Shown piece after piece: positions 10,180 to 19,307 of a stretch of DNA of 64,000 bases. Position 1 is the stretch's first letter; the number at the start of each line of letters is the position of its first letter. Origin of the DNA: an uncultured Gammaproteobacteria bacterium (GTDB lineage: Bacteria; Pseudomonadota; Gammaproteobacteria; JACCXJ01); NCBI GenBank assembly GCA_963764725.1, contig CAVXTM010000012.1:64001-128000 (forward strand), read 5' to 3'. The notes under the pieces were generated by a model, which saw nothing but the letters and a program-made list of their open reading frames with translations, did no database searches and was not told the DNA's origin. The position numbers and the translations under genes were made by a program.

Positions 10180-10644
10180 ATGAGAAATTTGAGACCAGCT
10201 CGTTCGCGTATCCTCGCGCGAAGTAAGGCAGATACCTTGACGGTCAGGATAACCGGAAACTTAGGCCTCAGCCTCAGCTTCGATCTCTGGCATATCTGCC
10301 GTTTGGAGCAAAGCCGCTACCGTCGCTATATCTTCGATCTGGAGAAGATCGTCGTGCTCCATGACTCTGGTTTAGCGTGGCTCCTGATGTTCCAGCGGCA
10401 CGCACTGCGGGCCGGGGCACGGGTCCTGATCGTTAAATGCCGCAACGCAATCGCTCGCCGCTGCGCGGCGATCGGTCTTGAGGTGATAGCCGCCGAGCCA
10501 TGGATTCGACAGCCGATGCTTCGCCAAGGCATGCCTTACCGCGCACCAGTTTGGGGATCTGCAATCGGGCCGAGCGGTGGAAGTCGGGTGCCACACCTCA
10601 GCCTCTGTAAGAATAACGAGCACAATGCACGCGTAATTCACTGA
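10180..10644 (+). CDS. STAS-domain (anti-sigma antagonist-like) protein
   Basis: TLTVRITG, YIFDLEKI..HDSGLAWLL pattern; C-terminal tail looks degenerate. Confidence 0.6.
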   Translation: MRNLRPARSRILARSKADTLTVRITGNLGLSLSFDLWHICRLEQSRYRRYIFDLEKIVVLHDSGLAWLLMFQRHALRAGARVLIVKCRNAIARRCAAIGLEVIAAEPWIRQPMLRQGMPYRAPVWGSAIGPSGGSRVPHLSLCKNNEHNARVIH

Positions 10645-10902
10645 TTCTTTATTCGGTTGGGGCCGAGACGCTGCAGTGCTTACTTGGTTCTATCTCCTAT
10701 ACGTATTCACAGTAGTTTGGGGCGGTCATTCTCCTCCTGCGTCGCTAGAGTTGGCATTACCTCCAGAGCAGGAGAAGATATAATGGGGGAATATTGATCG
10801 AACCCGGAATGTCCGCATTCGAAGGCGCCTCACCGGCGCCCTCACCGAGCACGTTGATCTACATCGCGATGTAATTACGCGCGAGCGCGATCGCGCAAGT
10901 TC

Positions 10903-11061
10903 CTAGATTCTCCCCAAGAGCAACAAAATCAGTACCACCAGCAACACCGTGCCAAGGATACTGCTTGGACCGTAGCCCCATCCGCTGCTGTACGGCCAGG
11001 ACGGTATGGCACCGATCAAAAGCACGATCAGTACGATCAATAATATGGTTCCTAATGACAT
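10903..11061 (-). CDS. DUF3309 family small membrane protein (52 aa)
   Basis: MSLGTILLIVLIVLLIGAIPSWPYSSGWGYGPS...LLGRI; SD AGGAG. Confidence 0.9.
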   Translation of the reverse strand: MSLGTILLIVLIVLLIGAIPSWPYSSGWGYGPSSILGTVLLVVLILLLLGRI

Positions 11062-11349
11062 CGCTTTCTCCTATCTCATAAATCGTATGTCTACTCTCGG
11101 TTCAGGACTATTACCGCAATTATCAGCACTCAGGTGCACCCTCGCATGAGGAAAATGACCAGTAGAATGGGTATGGGCACGCCTAAAAGCCACAATAGGA
11201 TGTAACCCGCCTTACCTGCTTGCGACTTCAGGGTCGCAGGACGCTTAAAGATGCGCCGCAACTCATTTTTCATTCCCGTGCCACTCTCCTCACGTTCGTT
11301 GGGTTTGCTCCGCGGCCACCAGAGCCGCGGAGCGCAATATCCGGATTTA

Positions 11350-11547
11350 CTATAGGTTCCTCACCCACCCATCGGCTTCTTCCTGCGCTTTTTCCTTGGT
11401 ATAACCATACTTGGCCTGTAACCGACCGACCAGCTCTTCGCGCTTCCCTTCTATGACATCCAACTCGTCATCGGTAAGATCACCCCACATCTGCTGCGCC
11501 TTACCTCTGACCTGCTTCCAACTACCCTTGACTTGATCCCAGTTCAT
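11350..11547 (-). CDS. CsbD/YjbJ general stress protein
   Basis: MNWDQVKGSWKQ..WGDLTDDEL..GRLQAKYG. Confidence 0.95.
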   Translation of the reverse strand: MNWDQVKGSWKQVRGKAQQMWGDLTDDELDVIEGKREELVGRLQAKYGYTKEKAQEEADGWVRNL

Positions 11548-11622
11548 GTTTTCCTCCTCTATCTCTATGTATTGCGGTTTGTGCTTTAAACCCGCGACTC
11601 AGCCGCGGATGTTCAAATCGAC

Positions 11623-11758
11623 TTCAAGTACCGTGCCGCTAAACGGCATAACGCAATTTACCTTTCGGTTTAGTGGGATAGCACAGTCGCTTTGGCGAAC
11701 GGTGAAGTCGCACATTAAGATTGGCAGCAAGAATTTCCGGTTGATTTGTAAGGCTTAC
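11623..11758 (-). promoter_or_regulatory. sigma54-like promoter CGGCACGGTACTTGAA for csbD, with tandem palindromes
   Basis: GG-N10-GA at 11624-11637; GCAAGAATTTC (11727) and GTAAGGCTTAC (11748). Confidence 0.55.
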
Positions 11759-11899
11759 GCGGAGCGGCGTTCACCTCCCAAGGTTACGCGGGCAGTCATT
11801 ATAGAGCGCGCTGGCCGTACCTCGAGACAAACAACTGGATCTTCTCCCAGAGGCTATAGTCGACCGTATCGCCGCACAACAATGAGCCCGCTGGCGCAT

Positions 11900-12047
11900 G
11901 TAAGATTTGCAACGACGCAAGGTAATATTTACACGAATTAAACACAGCGTTTCTTTCTAGGGAACCATTTCTGGATCATTACGAGCGCAAACTGACCGCG
12001 ATTGTTCATCTCGGATGCACCAGCCAATAGCGGGCATAAAAGGTGCT
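11900..12047 (+). promoter_or_regulatory. sigma54 promoter GGGCATAAAAGGTGCT with tandem palindromes
   Basis: GTAAGATTTGC-N11-GTAATATTTAC; GG 12033-12034 and GC 12045-12046. Confidence 0.65.
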
Positions 12048-12115
12048 CAGTGGCATGTGATAGTAAACCTCTGGGCGAAGAGCCTCCGACTAATTCGCGA
12101 AAGCGGGAGAATCAA

Positions 12116-12271
12116 ATGAACAAGTTAACATCTATAATACTTGGTGGTCTTGTACTCGGTTCGCTGGCCGGTTGCGGGAACCAAGGCCCTGCGGAACGAG
12201 CTGGGGAGAATGTGGACGAGGCCGTCGAAGAAATGAAGGATGAAGTCGATGACGCGACCGACGCGCGTTGA
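12116..12271 (+). CDS. Small acidic lipoprotein
   Basis: Signal peptide with LAGC lipobox; GPAERAGENVDEAVE. Confidence 0.8.
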   Translation: MNKLTSIILGGLVLGSLAGCGNQGPAERAGENVDEAVEEMKDEVDDATDAR

Positions 12272-12314
12272 TATCCCACTAACTTGCCTGTGCTGAGGGT
12301 ACCTTTCGCATCCG

Positions 12315-12692
12315 TTGCAGTATTCAACATTTTCTGAACAAGGATCTAGCGAACCGAAACCCGTGAACAAAACACCGGCTCCAACTCCCGTCTCTCCTAC
12401 CCCGCTGATAAGCGGGATGGAGGCGTACGACGCGGACTTTCGGAATAACTTCCAAGCCACGTTCGGGATTCGCGGCTATAGCTACAACCAGTGTGCGCCA
12501 GCCTATGAATTCGGTTATACGATTGCTGTCGACCCACGTTACCACGGCCAGGAATGGATGACGATAGAAACCGAGGCCCGCCGCGAGTGGGAGCTTCGCC
12601 ATGAGGATGCATGGGAGGAATTCAAAGGCGCTGTGCATTACGCGTGGGATCGCGTTCATGGGCTCGATCATCGAACGCAGCTCACCGTTTAG
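12315..12692 (+). CDS. Conserved stress-associated hypothetical protein (resembles the C-terminal region of YsnF-type proteins); start uncertain
   Basis: YDADFR, PAYEFGY, ARREWE, WEEFKGAVHYAWD. Confidence 0.6.
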   Translation: MQYSTFSEQGSSEPKPVNKTPAPTPVSPTPLISGMEAYDADFRNNFQATFGIRGYSYNQCAPAYEFGYTIAVDPRYHGQEWMTIETEARREWELRHEDAWEEFKGAVHYAWDRVHGLDHRTQLTV

Positions 12693-12942
12693 ATACAATC
12701 TCGGAGGAGCGAGGGCTCCGATGCCGGTGCGCGCGGACGCTGTAGCAACGGATCGTATCGGTAGTCCTACAATCGATCGCTACGGTAGATTATGCTCAGT
12801 ACGCGACCTCGTTGCTAGTGCTTATCGTCGCGCCACGGCCTAAAACGCGCACAGCAAGCATTGGACGAGGCGATGAGATCAACGGGTCCAATCGGCGCGC
12901 CACCGGGCGATTTTTGTATAATGCTTCCAGAAGAATCAGGCA

Positions 12943-13509
12943 ATGCATAAGAATTTATCACTCATTCTGGGACTCTTCCTGATCACGGCACCATTCGTCC
13001 AGCCTTGGGCCGACGAATACGACGATACGATCGAGGTCTTCAAGGAGGCCGGTCAGAGCGGCAATTTTTTCAACAACGCTTACGGCTATGCGGTGTTCCC
13101 CACCATCGGCAAGGGGGGAATCGGTGTGGGCGCCGCCTACGGGAAAGGTCGCGTGTATGCTAAGGGTAAGCACGTGGGGGACACGTCCATGACCCAGCTC
13201 ACCCTGGGTTTCCAGCTGGGCGGAGAGGCCCATAGTCAGATCATCTTCTTTGAGGATCAGCACGCCTTCAAGCAGTTCACAAACGGTAACTTCGAATTCG
13301 GTGCCCAGGCCAGTGCCGTGGCGATCACCGCTGGCGTGTCCGCGGCTGCCACCACCACCGGCAGCTCGGCCGCTGCGAGCGGCGGGAAGCACGACGCCAA
13401 GACCGCCGGCGCATATCGCAAAGGAATGGGCGTGTTTACGGTGGCCAAGGGCGGTCTGATGTACGAAGCGAGTATCGGCGGCCAGAAGTACAGCTACACG
13501 CCGCTTTGA
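12943..13509 (+). CDS. SYLF/Ysc84-like lipid-binding secreted protein
   Basis: Signal peptide; AYGYAVFPTIGKGG, GFQLGG, GGLMYEASIGGQK. Confidence 0.88.
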   Translation: MHKNLSLILGLFLITAPFVQPWADEYDDTIEVFKEAGQSGNFFNNAYGYAVFPTIGKGGIGVGAAYGKGRVYAKGKHVGDTSMTQLTLGFQLGGEAHSQIIFFEDQHAFKQFTNGNFEFGAQASAVAITAGVSAAATTTGSSAAASGGKHDAKTAGAYRKGMGVFTVAKGGLMYEASIGGQKYSYTPL

Positions 13510-13569
13510 ACTGCTGACGAAGGCAGGGAGGGTACCCCACAGCGCTCTCTGCTTCGCTTTTGTTCAGAG

Positions 13570-13840
13570 CGACTCATCCCGCTTCCCAACCCCGAGCGCT
13601 TGCTCAACCCAGGCCTCACCTTCGAGCAACTCGATGCACTGGCCATGCAAATGAGCGACAATGAAAATGCTGCCCAGTTACACAAGGCACGACAACAACT
13701 CTTTAAACAGATCCATGAACAGTGGTCGCACAGCCCAGGCTCCCGACGCCCTCTCCCCGCAGGCCAGTACTCTTTCGCCCTAGGAGGCCGGGGCTTTTAC
13801 TACCTTCTTTCACACTCGTCTGAAATTAGAAAATACTTGG
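13570..13840 (+). mobile_element. 3' remnant of an integrase-type transposase
   Basis: LNPGLTFEQLDALAMQMSDNENAAQLHKARQQLF resembles transposase C-termini. Confidence 0.55.
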
Positions 13841-13859
13841 ACGGCACCGCAAAGTTCGT

Positions 13860-14625
13860 CAACCAGATCGTGTTAGTTGGCGCCAGCAATCTAACGCGAG
13901 CACTCGCAACCGCGGTGGAGGCCGCGGAGCACATCTGCGGCAGGCCGAACAGGCTCCTCATCGCCGCCGGTCATGGCCGGTCATACGGCGTCTATAGCCG
14001 GGTTCTGTTCCGCGGCCTACCGGCGATCACCCAGTGCGGCCTCTGGGATAAGCTGGCGACGGGACCGACGCTGCCTACCTTCGCCCTGCTCACCGATCTA
14101 GGCAATGACATCGCCTATGGCGTTTCCACTCGCGAACTCATCGGATGGGTGCGCTGGTGCGTCGAGCGTCTTACAGAACACCGGGCCCGGATCATCATCA
14201 CCACTCTACCGGTGCATCGCCTCGAACGTCTATCGCCAAGAAGATACAGGATCTTGCGAGCGGTGCTGTTCCCAGGACAGCGCCTCGGCTTGCCAGAAGC
14301 GCTTGAGCGGGCGCGAGCAATGAATCTGAAGCTGCGCGAGCTTGCACTTGAGCGACGGATTACGCTGGTCAGTCAGCGGCCGGAATGGTATGGCTTTGAC
14401 TCAATCCATATCCGCCGGCGCTGCTTCGCGACAGCCTATGGTGGGATCCTCAAGCACTGGCTTGCCTGCGCTCCGGATGAGCGGCCGCTCGGCAGCACCA
14501 GCATCCGCCGCTGGCTGCGATTACTGCTCCTGGCGCCGCAATACCAACGCGTCTTCGGATTCGACCGATACCGCGAGCAGCCCGCGGCTGTCCTCCCGCA
14601 CGGTTCTACCGTTTCGCTGTATTAA
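13860..14625 (+). CDS. SGNH/GDSL-like hydrolase; 5' end fused in frame to the IS remnant
   Basis: VLVGASN, GHGRSYG, TDLGNDI, YGFDSIH. Confidence 0.7.
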
Positions 14626-14845
14626 CGATGCGCATAAAAGCGAAATTGGCTGTGATACAGTATGTCTGGGAGTATGAGAGCGACTTCGACTTTAGCCAAG
14701 TAACGCATTTAAGCTGCAGGTGGTATGCGTGCGAAAGCTATAGTTAGTGTGCGTCCTTACTGATTGCCTGTCTGTGTGTCCGCACAGGGAGGCAGACCAT
14801 AAGCTCAACCGAAATCTACCATCCGGAAAGCCGAGGGACGACACC

Positions 14846-15151
14846 ATGTCAAACTGGCGAGTAGAACTGACTGCAAATAGTGATAACCAACAGGCCATTA
14901 TTGATGTAATGGACACAGTGGGACCGCTCAACAAGTGGCGGTGCGTTACTGATGATGCCTTTATTCCCGATGAGGGTGAATTCACCAATCAAGCTAGAAG
15001 AGTTGTACCGCTTATCCCCAACTTTTGGCAGCTCGACGATTTCGATATCGACGAGGTGCAAGTTGGATCGACTGGTCCCGGAGAAGTATTCGAAAGCGGA
15101 AGTTCCTTTCCGAATGGACCAGTTAGTTGGAGGGTTGTTAAAGCCTTATGA
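14846..15151 (+). CDS. Hypothetical protein (lower GC)
   Basis: ORF with GAGGG SD; no recognised motif. Confidence 0.5.
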   Translation: MSNWRVELTANSDNQQAIIDVMDTVGPLNKWRCVTDDAFIPDEGEFTNQARRVVPLIPNFWQLDDFDIDEVQVGSTGPGEVFESGSSFPNGPVSWRVVKAL

Positions 15152-15164
15152 GAGATTTCATGGG

Positions 15165-15327
15165 CCAATCCTGTCGTCTATTCGCTCAGCGCGTTCCGGT
15201 GGAGCATCTACCAGATCTCCGACGTGAGCGTCGGCACAAGCGCGGCGACAACACTGGGGTTCCCTTGCCTTGTGTCTGAGCGCGGTGTGGTGGATGTTTA
15301 AGACCGGATACCGGCTCAAGGCGTGAG
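15165..15327 (+). pseudogene. ABC-2 permease C-terminal fragment
   Basis: [13 protein letters not shown]...[12 protein letters not shown]. Confidence 0.6.
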
Positions 15328-15434
15328 GCCCTGGATCTCGCCAAGGCAACGGCGCCCACCACTATTTGACTCGGACTTGTTGACCGCCGATTAGCTCCTG
15401 CGAACCGGGCAGACTGGCATTGCGGGTGAGCGCC

Positions 15435-16073
15435 TCAGGCTCCCGGCCAGGATCGCAGCGCCAGCTGGATCGCACGTCGCAATTCAGCACGGCTTGCGCC
15501 GCCCGCTGCCTGGACTGCCAACCCATACATGACCGTTGCGACGTAGCGGGCGAGATCGGCGGCATTGACGTCGGCCGGGAGGTCACCCTTTGCTATCGCG
15601 CGCTTGAAACGCTGCCGTATCGCCGCCTCGCCCGTCTTGCGACGGGCGGCCACTTCCTTGCGGATGGTTTCGGATGCCTCCCTGCATGACAGTGCGCTTT
15701 GCACCATGAGGCAGCCCGGTGGATTCCGTGGATCGGTCTGCAGGTCCACAGCCCCCTGCAACAATCGCTCGACGACTGCGCGCGCGGTCGGCTCCTTGAG
15801 GGCTTCGTCTACGTAGGCTGCCGGCCCCTCGGCGTAGCGATCGAGTGCCTTGCGGAACAGCGCTTCTTTGTTGCCGAAGGCGGCATAGAGGCTCGGACGG
15901 TTGATGCCCATCGCTTCGGTCAGATCCGGAAGCGAAGCACCCTCGTAGCCTTTCTGCCAAAACACGTGCAACGCCCGGTCCAGGGCCTCATCGATGTCGA
16001 AGGCGCGGGGACGGCCCATTCGCGCGGGTGATTTTCTCACTTTCATACCGCGCGATACTAAACTCATTGACAA
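15435..16073 (-). CDS. TetR/AcrR family regulator
   Basis: GRPRAFD..FWQKGYEGAS..MGINRPSLYAAFGNKEALF. Confidence 0.95.
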   Translation of the reverse strand: MSMSLVSRGMKVRKSPARMGRPRAFDIDEALDRALHVFWQKGYEGASLPDLTEAMGINRPSLYAAFGNKEALFRKALDRYAEGPAAYVDEALKEPTARAVVERLLQGAVDLQTDPRNPPGCLMVQSALSCREASETIRKEVAARRKTGEAAIRQRFKRAIAKGDLPADVNAADLARYVATVMYGLAVQAAGGASRAELRRAIQLALRSWPGA

Positions 16074-16148
16074 TCTTTGTCCATGCGCGTATGTTATGTA
16101 CCAGTCGATATATAAGTATCACTCCACTTCCCCAACAGGAGCAAATCT

Positions 16149-16901
16149 ATGACAAAGACACTTACGGGCAAGGTCGCGTTGGTCACCGGCGCGTCCAAGG
16201 GCATCGGTGCTTCCATCGCCAAACATCTGGCGGCCGAAGGCGCGGCTGTGGTCGTCAACTACGCACTGAGTAAAGAAGGTGCCGACGAAGTCGTCGCCGA
16301 GATCGCAGGCAGGGGCGGAAGAGCCATTGCGGTGCAGGCCGATGTCTCAAAAAAGGCAGAGATCGAGCGTCTCTTTTCGGAGACGAGGATGGCATTTGGC
16401 AGGCTGGATATTCTGGTGAACAACGCAGGCATATACGAGTTCTCCCCGCTCGAAGACGTCACGGAAGATCACTTCCACCGGCAGTTTAACCTCAATGTAC
16501 TTGGTTTGCTCCTGGTGTCCCAGGAGGGGATCAAGTACTTCGGTGATGAGGGCGGCAACATTATCAATATCAGCTCAATCGCCAGCACCTACGCGCCGCC
16601 GAATACCTCGGTCTACAGTGCTACGAAAGGGGCAGTGGACAGCATCACGAGGTCGCTGTCCAAGGAACTCGGACCGCGCGGGATCCGCGTCAACGCCATC
16701 AATCCCGGTATGGTGGAAACCGAGGGCGTGCGCGCCGCGGGGATTACCGAGAGCGACATGCGCACGCAGATTGAAGCGCAAACCCCGCTGGGACGGATCG
16801 GACAACCGCCGGACATCGCAACGGCAGCCATCTTTCTTGCTTCCCCGGCCTCCTCCTGGATCACCGGGGAAACGCTCACCATAGCTGGCGGCCTGCACTG
16901 A
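16149..16901 (+). CDS. SDR family NAD(P)-dependent oxidoreductase
   Basis: TGASKGIG, NNAG, YSATK; divergent from TetR. Confidence 0.95.
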   Translation: MTKTLTGKVALVTGASKGIGASIAKHLAAEGAAVVVNYALSKEGADEVVAEIAGRGGRAIAVQADVSKKAEIERLFSETRMAFGRLDILVNNAGIYEFSPLEDVTEDHFHRQFNLNVLGLLLVSQEGIKYFGDEGGNIINISSIASTYAPPNTSVYSATKGAVDSITRSLSKELGPRGIRVNAINPGMVETEGVRAAGITESDMRTQIEAQTPLGRIGQPPDIATAAIFLASPASSWITGETLTIAGGLH

Positions 16902-17185
16902 AGTGCCCAGAGGCGTGAAGCCTGACGTGCTACTGAGTGCGACCAACCACAGGTAGTCAATCATCATCACTACGGCGCACTCCGGGATTGCCCTGTCCGT
17001 GCTCGGATTCTTTTTCTTTCGCACCTCATCGGAACGAACCCGCATTGGCATGTTTGTACTCCTGTTTGTCGGCGTGGTGTCTTTTCTCGATTTCCAGGCG
17101 CTCATATCGGTTCTATGCCCGCGTTCTTACGACGCGGGTGTTCGCGGTAGCCCTGCGCCCGCTGGCTTTCGACAGGCTCGCTATT

Positions 17186-17322
17186 GCAACCCTTACAGCC
17201 TCGACTGGAAAGCATTACCGATTCGCCTCTCTGGCACGCCCATTCCCTCTCGCTCGCATATCCTAACTCTCTGACTGGGCGGGGTTATGTCGGGACACGC
17301 CAAGCCGGGCATAAAGAATGCT
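17186..17322 (+). promoter_or_regulatory. sigma54 promoter module, copy B
   Basis: GCAACCCTTAC-N11-GAAAGCATTAC; CTAACTCTCTGACT; GGGCATAAAGAATGCT. Confidence 0.7.
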
Positions 17323-17331
17323 GTCTAGCCA

Positions 17332-17432
17332 GGCATGGCTCAGGTGCATGCTGACTGTCCCCGTTTGCCTCCCCATTTGCCCGCCCCTGGGGTCCCCCTC
17401 CCCTATCGCGCATCACGGGCGGGATTCTTTTT
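17332..17432 (+). ncRNA. Candidate C-rich small RNA, copy B
   Basis: GCATG..CATGC 5' hairpin, TTTGCCTCCCCATTTG, CCCGCCC..CTCCCCTA..GGGCGGGATTCTTTTT. Confidence 0.55.
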
Positions 17433-17538
17433 GACCTCGCGATGGGTTGGCAAAGTGATGGGTGGCCGAGTGCGGATCGGGTGGCTTGATTGAAGCACCC
17501 TGAGTTATTTACCTTTTGACCTCCATCCATTAAGAGGA

Positions 17539-17751
17539 GTGACCATGACTATGCTAAAGGTTGTCGAAATATTGGCGCAGTCCGAGAAGAGCTGGGAGGA
17601 CGCCGCGCAGCTCGCGGTTCAGGAGGCTGCCAAGACGGTGCGCAACATCAAATCGATCTATGTCAAGGAGATGGAAGCAACTGTGGAAAACGATCGGATC
17701 ACCTACTACCGGCTCAACGTCAAGATTTCCTTCGCGATAGAGGGACGATAG
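17539..17751 (+). CDS. Dodecin family protein
   Basis: KVVEILAQSEKSWEDAAQ..YRLNVKISF. Confidence 0.92.
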   Translation: MTMTMLKVVEILAQSEKSWEDAAQLAVQEAAKTVRNIKSIYVKEMEATVENDRITYYRLNVKISFAIEGR

Positions 17752-17860
17752 TCCCGAGGTGGGTCGGCGTCGCTCGCACGCCGCCACGCTTAACAGGCGC
17801 ACCCGTTCTGTTGCGCTGAGCACGAGAGTTCAAGGCAAGCCGTTTTAGAGGAGGAGCGCG

Positions 17861-18496
17861 ATGAGTAACCAACTGCCCTATACCCCCAAACAGTTCGCCC
17901 TCAATGGGCTCAACGGCATCTCCGATCGCACGCTCGAGATGCACTTCAAGCTCTACGAGGGCTACGTCAAAGAGACCAACAACTTGAGCGAGCAGATTGC
18001 ACGGTTCCTGGCCGACGGCAAGGTCGATCAAGAGGAGATGCCGGCCTACTCGGAGCTTACACGCCGGGTGGGCTTTGAGTATAACGGCATGGTGTTGCAT
18101 GAATATTATTTCGGTAACCTCAAGCGCGGTGGCTCTGGTAACCCTGACCGCGACTCGGCCTTCTATCAAGCAGCGGAGGCGAGTTTTGGCCGCTACGAGA
18201 TCTGGCGCGCGGACTTCACCAGCGTTGGCAAGATGCGAGGGGTGGGCTGGGCGATCTGTTACCAGGACCCGGTCAGAAAGCGCTTGTCCAATCACTGGGT
18301 TACCCTGCACGAGGTCGGCAATGTCGCTGGCTTTACCCCAATTCTGGTGATGGACGTCTGGGAACACGCTTTCTTGCTCGACTATAAGCCGTCGGAGCGG
18401 CCCAAGTACATCGAGGCCTTTTTCTCCAACATCGACTGGGACGCGGTCGAGATGCGCTTGCAGGAGGGCGCAGCGGCCCGTCCTGTCGGCGCCTGA
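17861..18496 (+). CDS. Fe/Mn superoxide dismutase family protein
   Basis: EMHFKLYEGYV, LHEYYF, MDVWEHAF. Confidence 0.92.
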   Translation: MSNQLPYTPKQFALNGLNGISDRTLEMHFKLYEGYVKETNNLSEQIARFLADGKVDQEEMPAYSELTRRVGFEYNGMVLHEYYFGNLKRGGSGNPDRDSAFYQAAEASFGRYEIWRADFTSVGKMRGVGWAICYQDPVRKRLSNHWVTLHEVGNVAGFTPILVMDVWEHAFLLDYKPSERPKYIEAFFSNIDWDAVEMRLQEGAAARPVGA

Positions 18497-19307
18497 GATC
18501 GGGGATGGCCAGACCGCCGCGAGGGCGAGAGTTCGGTTGCTTGGGCCTCGCGAACACCTTCCCGCTGCCTGACCGCGCACCTGCATGATTTGGTTTTGCG
18601 CATGCTGCTGTCTTTTACATCCGAGCCTAGGCGATAGGAACCTAACCGTCGCACCTCGATTGTTTGGTGTGCCGCGGCGGTAATCTGCGACCGGAAAGAG
18701 GTAAGTCGCGGCAGCACGAGTAAGGCCGAGCAATGATGATTTCGAACGACGAGTTGCCCGCCTTGGCAGAGCATCGGAAAGAGGGACCGCATGTGTCGCT
18801 ATTCCTGCCGAGCGCGCGCGGCTGCCGAGATCCAACAGGGCTCCGATTCGCTTCAAGAACCTGATAAGCGAGGTTGAATCTCAACTCAAGGAACAAGAGA
18901 TGAGAAACCGGAGATCGAAGCCCTGTTGAATCCCGCGCAAGAGCGTCTTCAGGATGATGACTTTTGGCAGCACCAATACGACGGACTCGCCTTTTTCCTT
19001 GCCCGGGACTTCGCGCAATCATTTTCCCTGGCGGAGCGTTCGAAGAATTGGCCGTGGTCGAGCACCGCTTTCACTTGAAGCCGCTGTTTCCTCTGATCAG
19101 CGAAGATGGGACTTTTTACCTGCTTGCCCTTAGCCAAGAAATCCTGAGACCCTTAGTAGTGAAGCGCTGCACGAGCAAGCTTGGGAGCTCGTCGGCCCTA
19201 CTTTAATGCTAGACGAGAGAGGTTCTATGCCATGGCGAGCCAGGAAAAGAGCTCCAACCGACTCACCGAGGTCTTAACTTGCCGCTGTCGATGGTCGGAT
19301 CGAGATC

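Noticed and set aside
13600-14625. Novel 341-aa fusion protein
   Set aside because: Better explained as a transposase 3' remnant that happens to be in frame with an SGNH hydrolase.
14627-14655. dif-like site (GATGCGCATAA resembles the XerC arm)
   Set aside because: There is no XerD arm (TTATGTTAAAT) at the 6-bp spacing.
17720-18856. Long antisense ORFs (also 6941..7969, 27453..28511, 39689..40633, 50651..51676, 60688..61815)
   Set aside because: Shadow frames of well-supported GC-rich genes on the opposite strand, with no motifs of their own.
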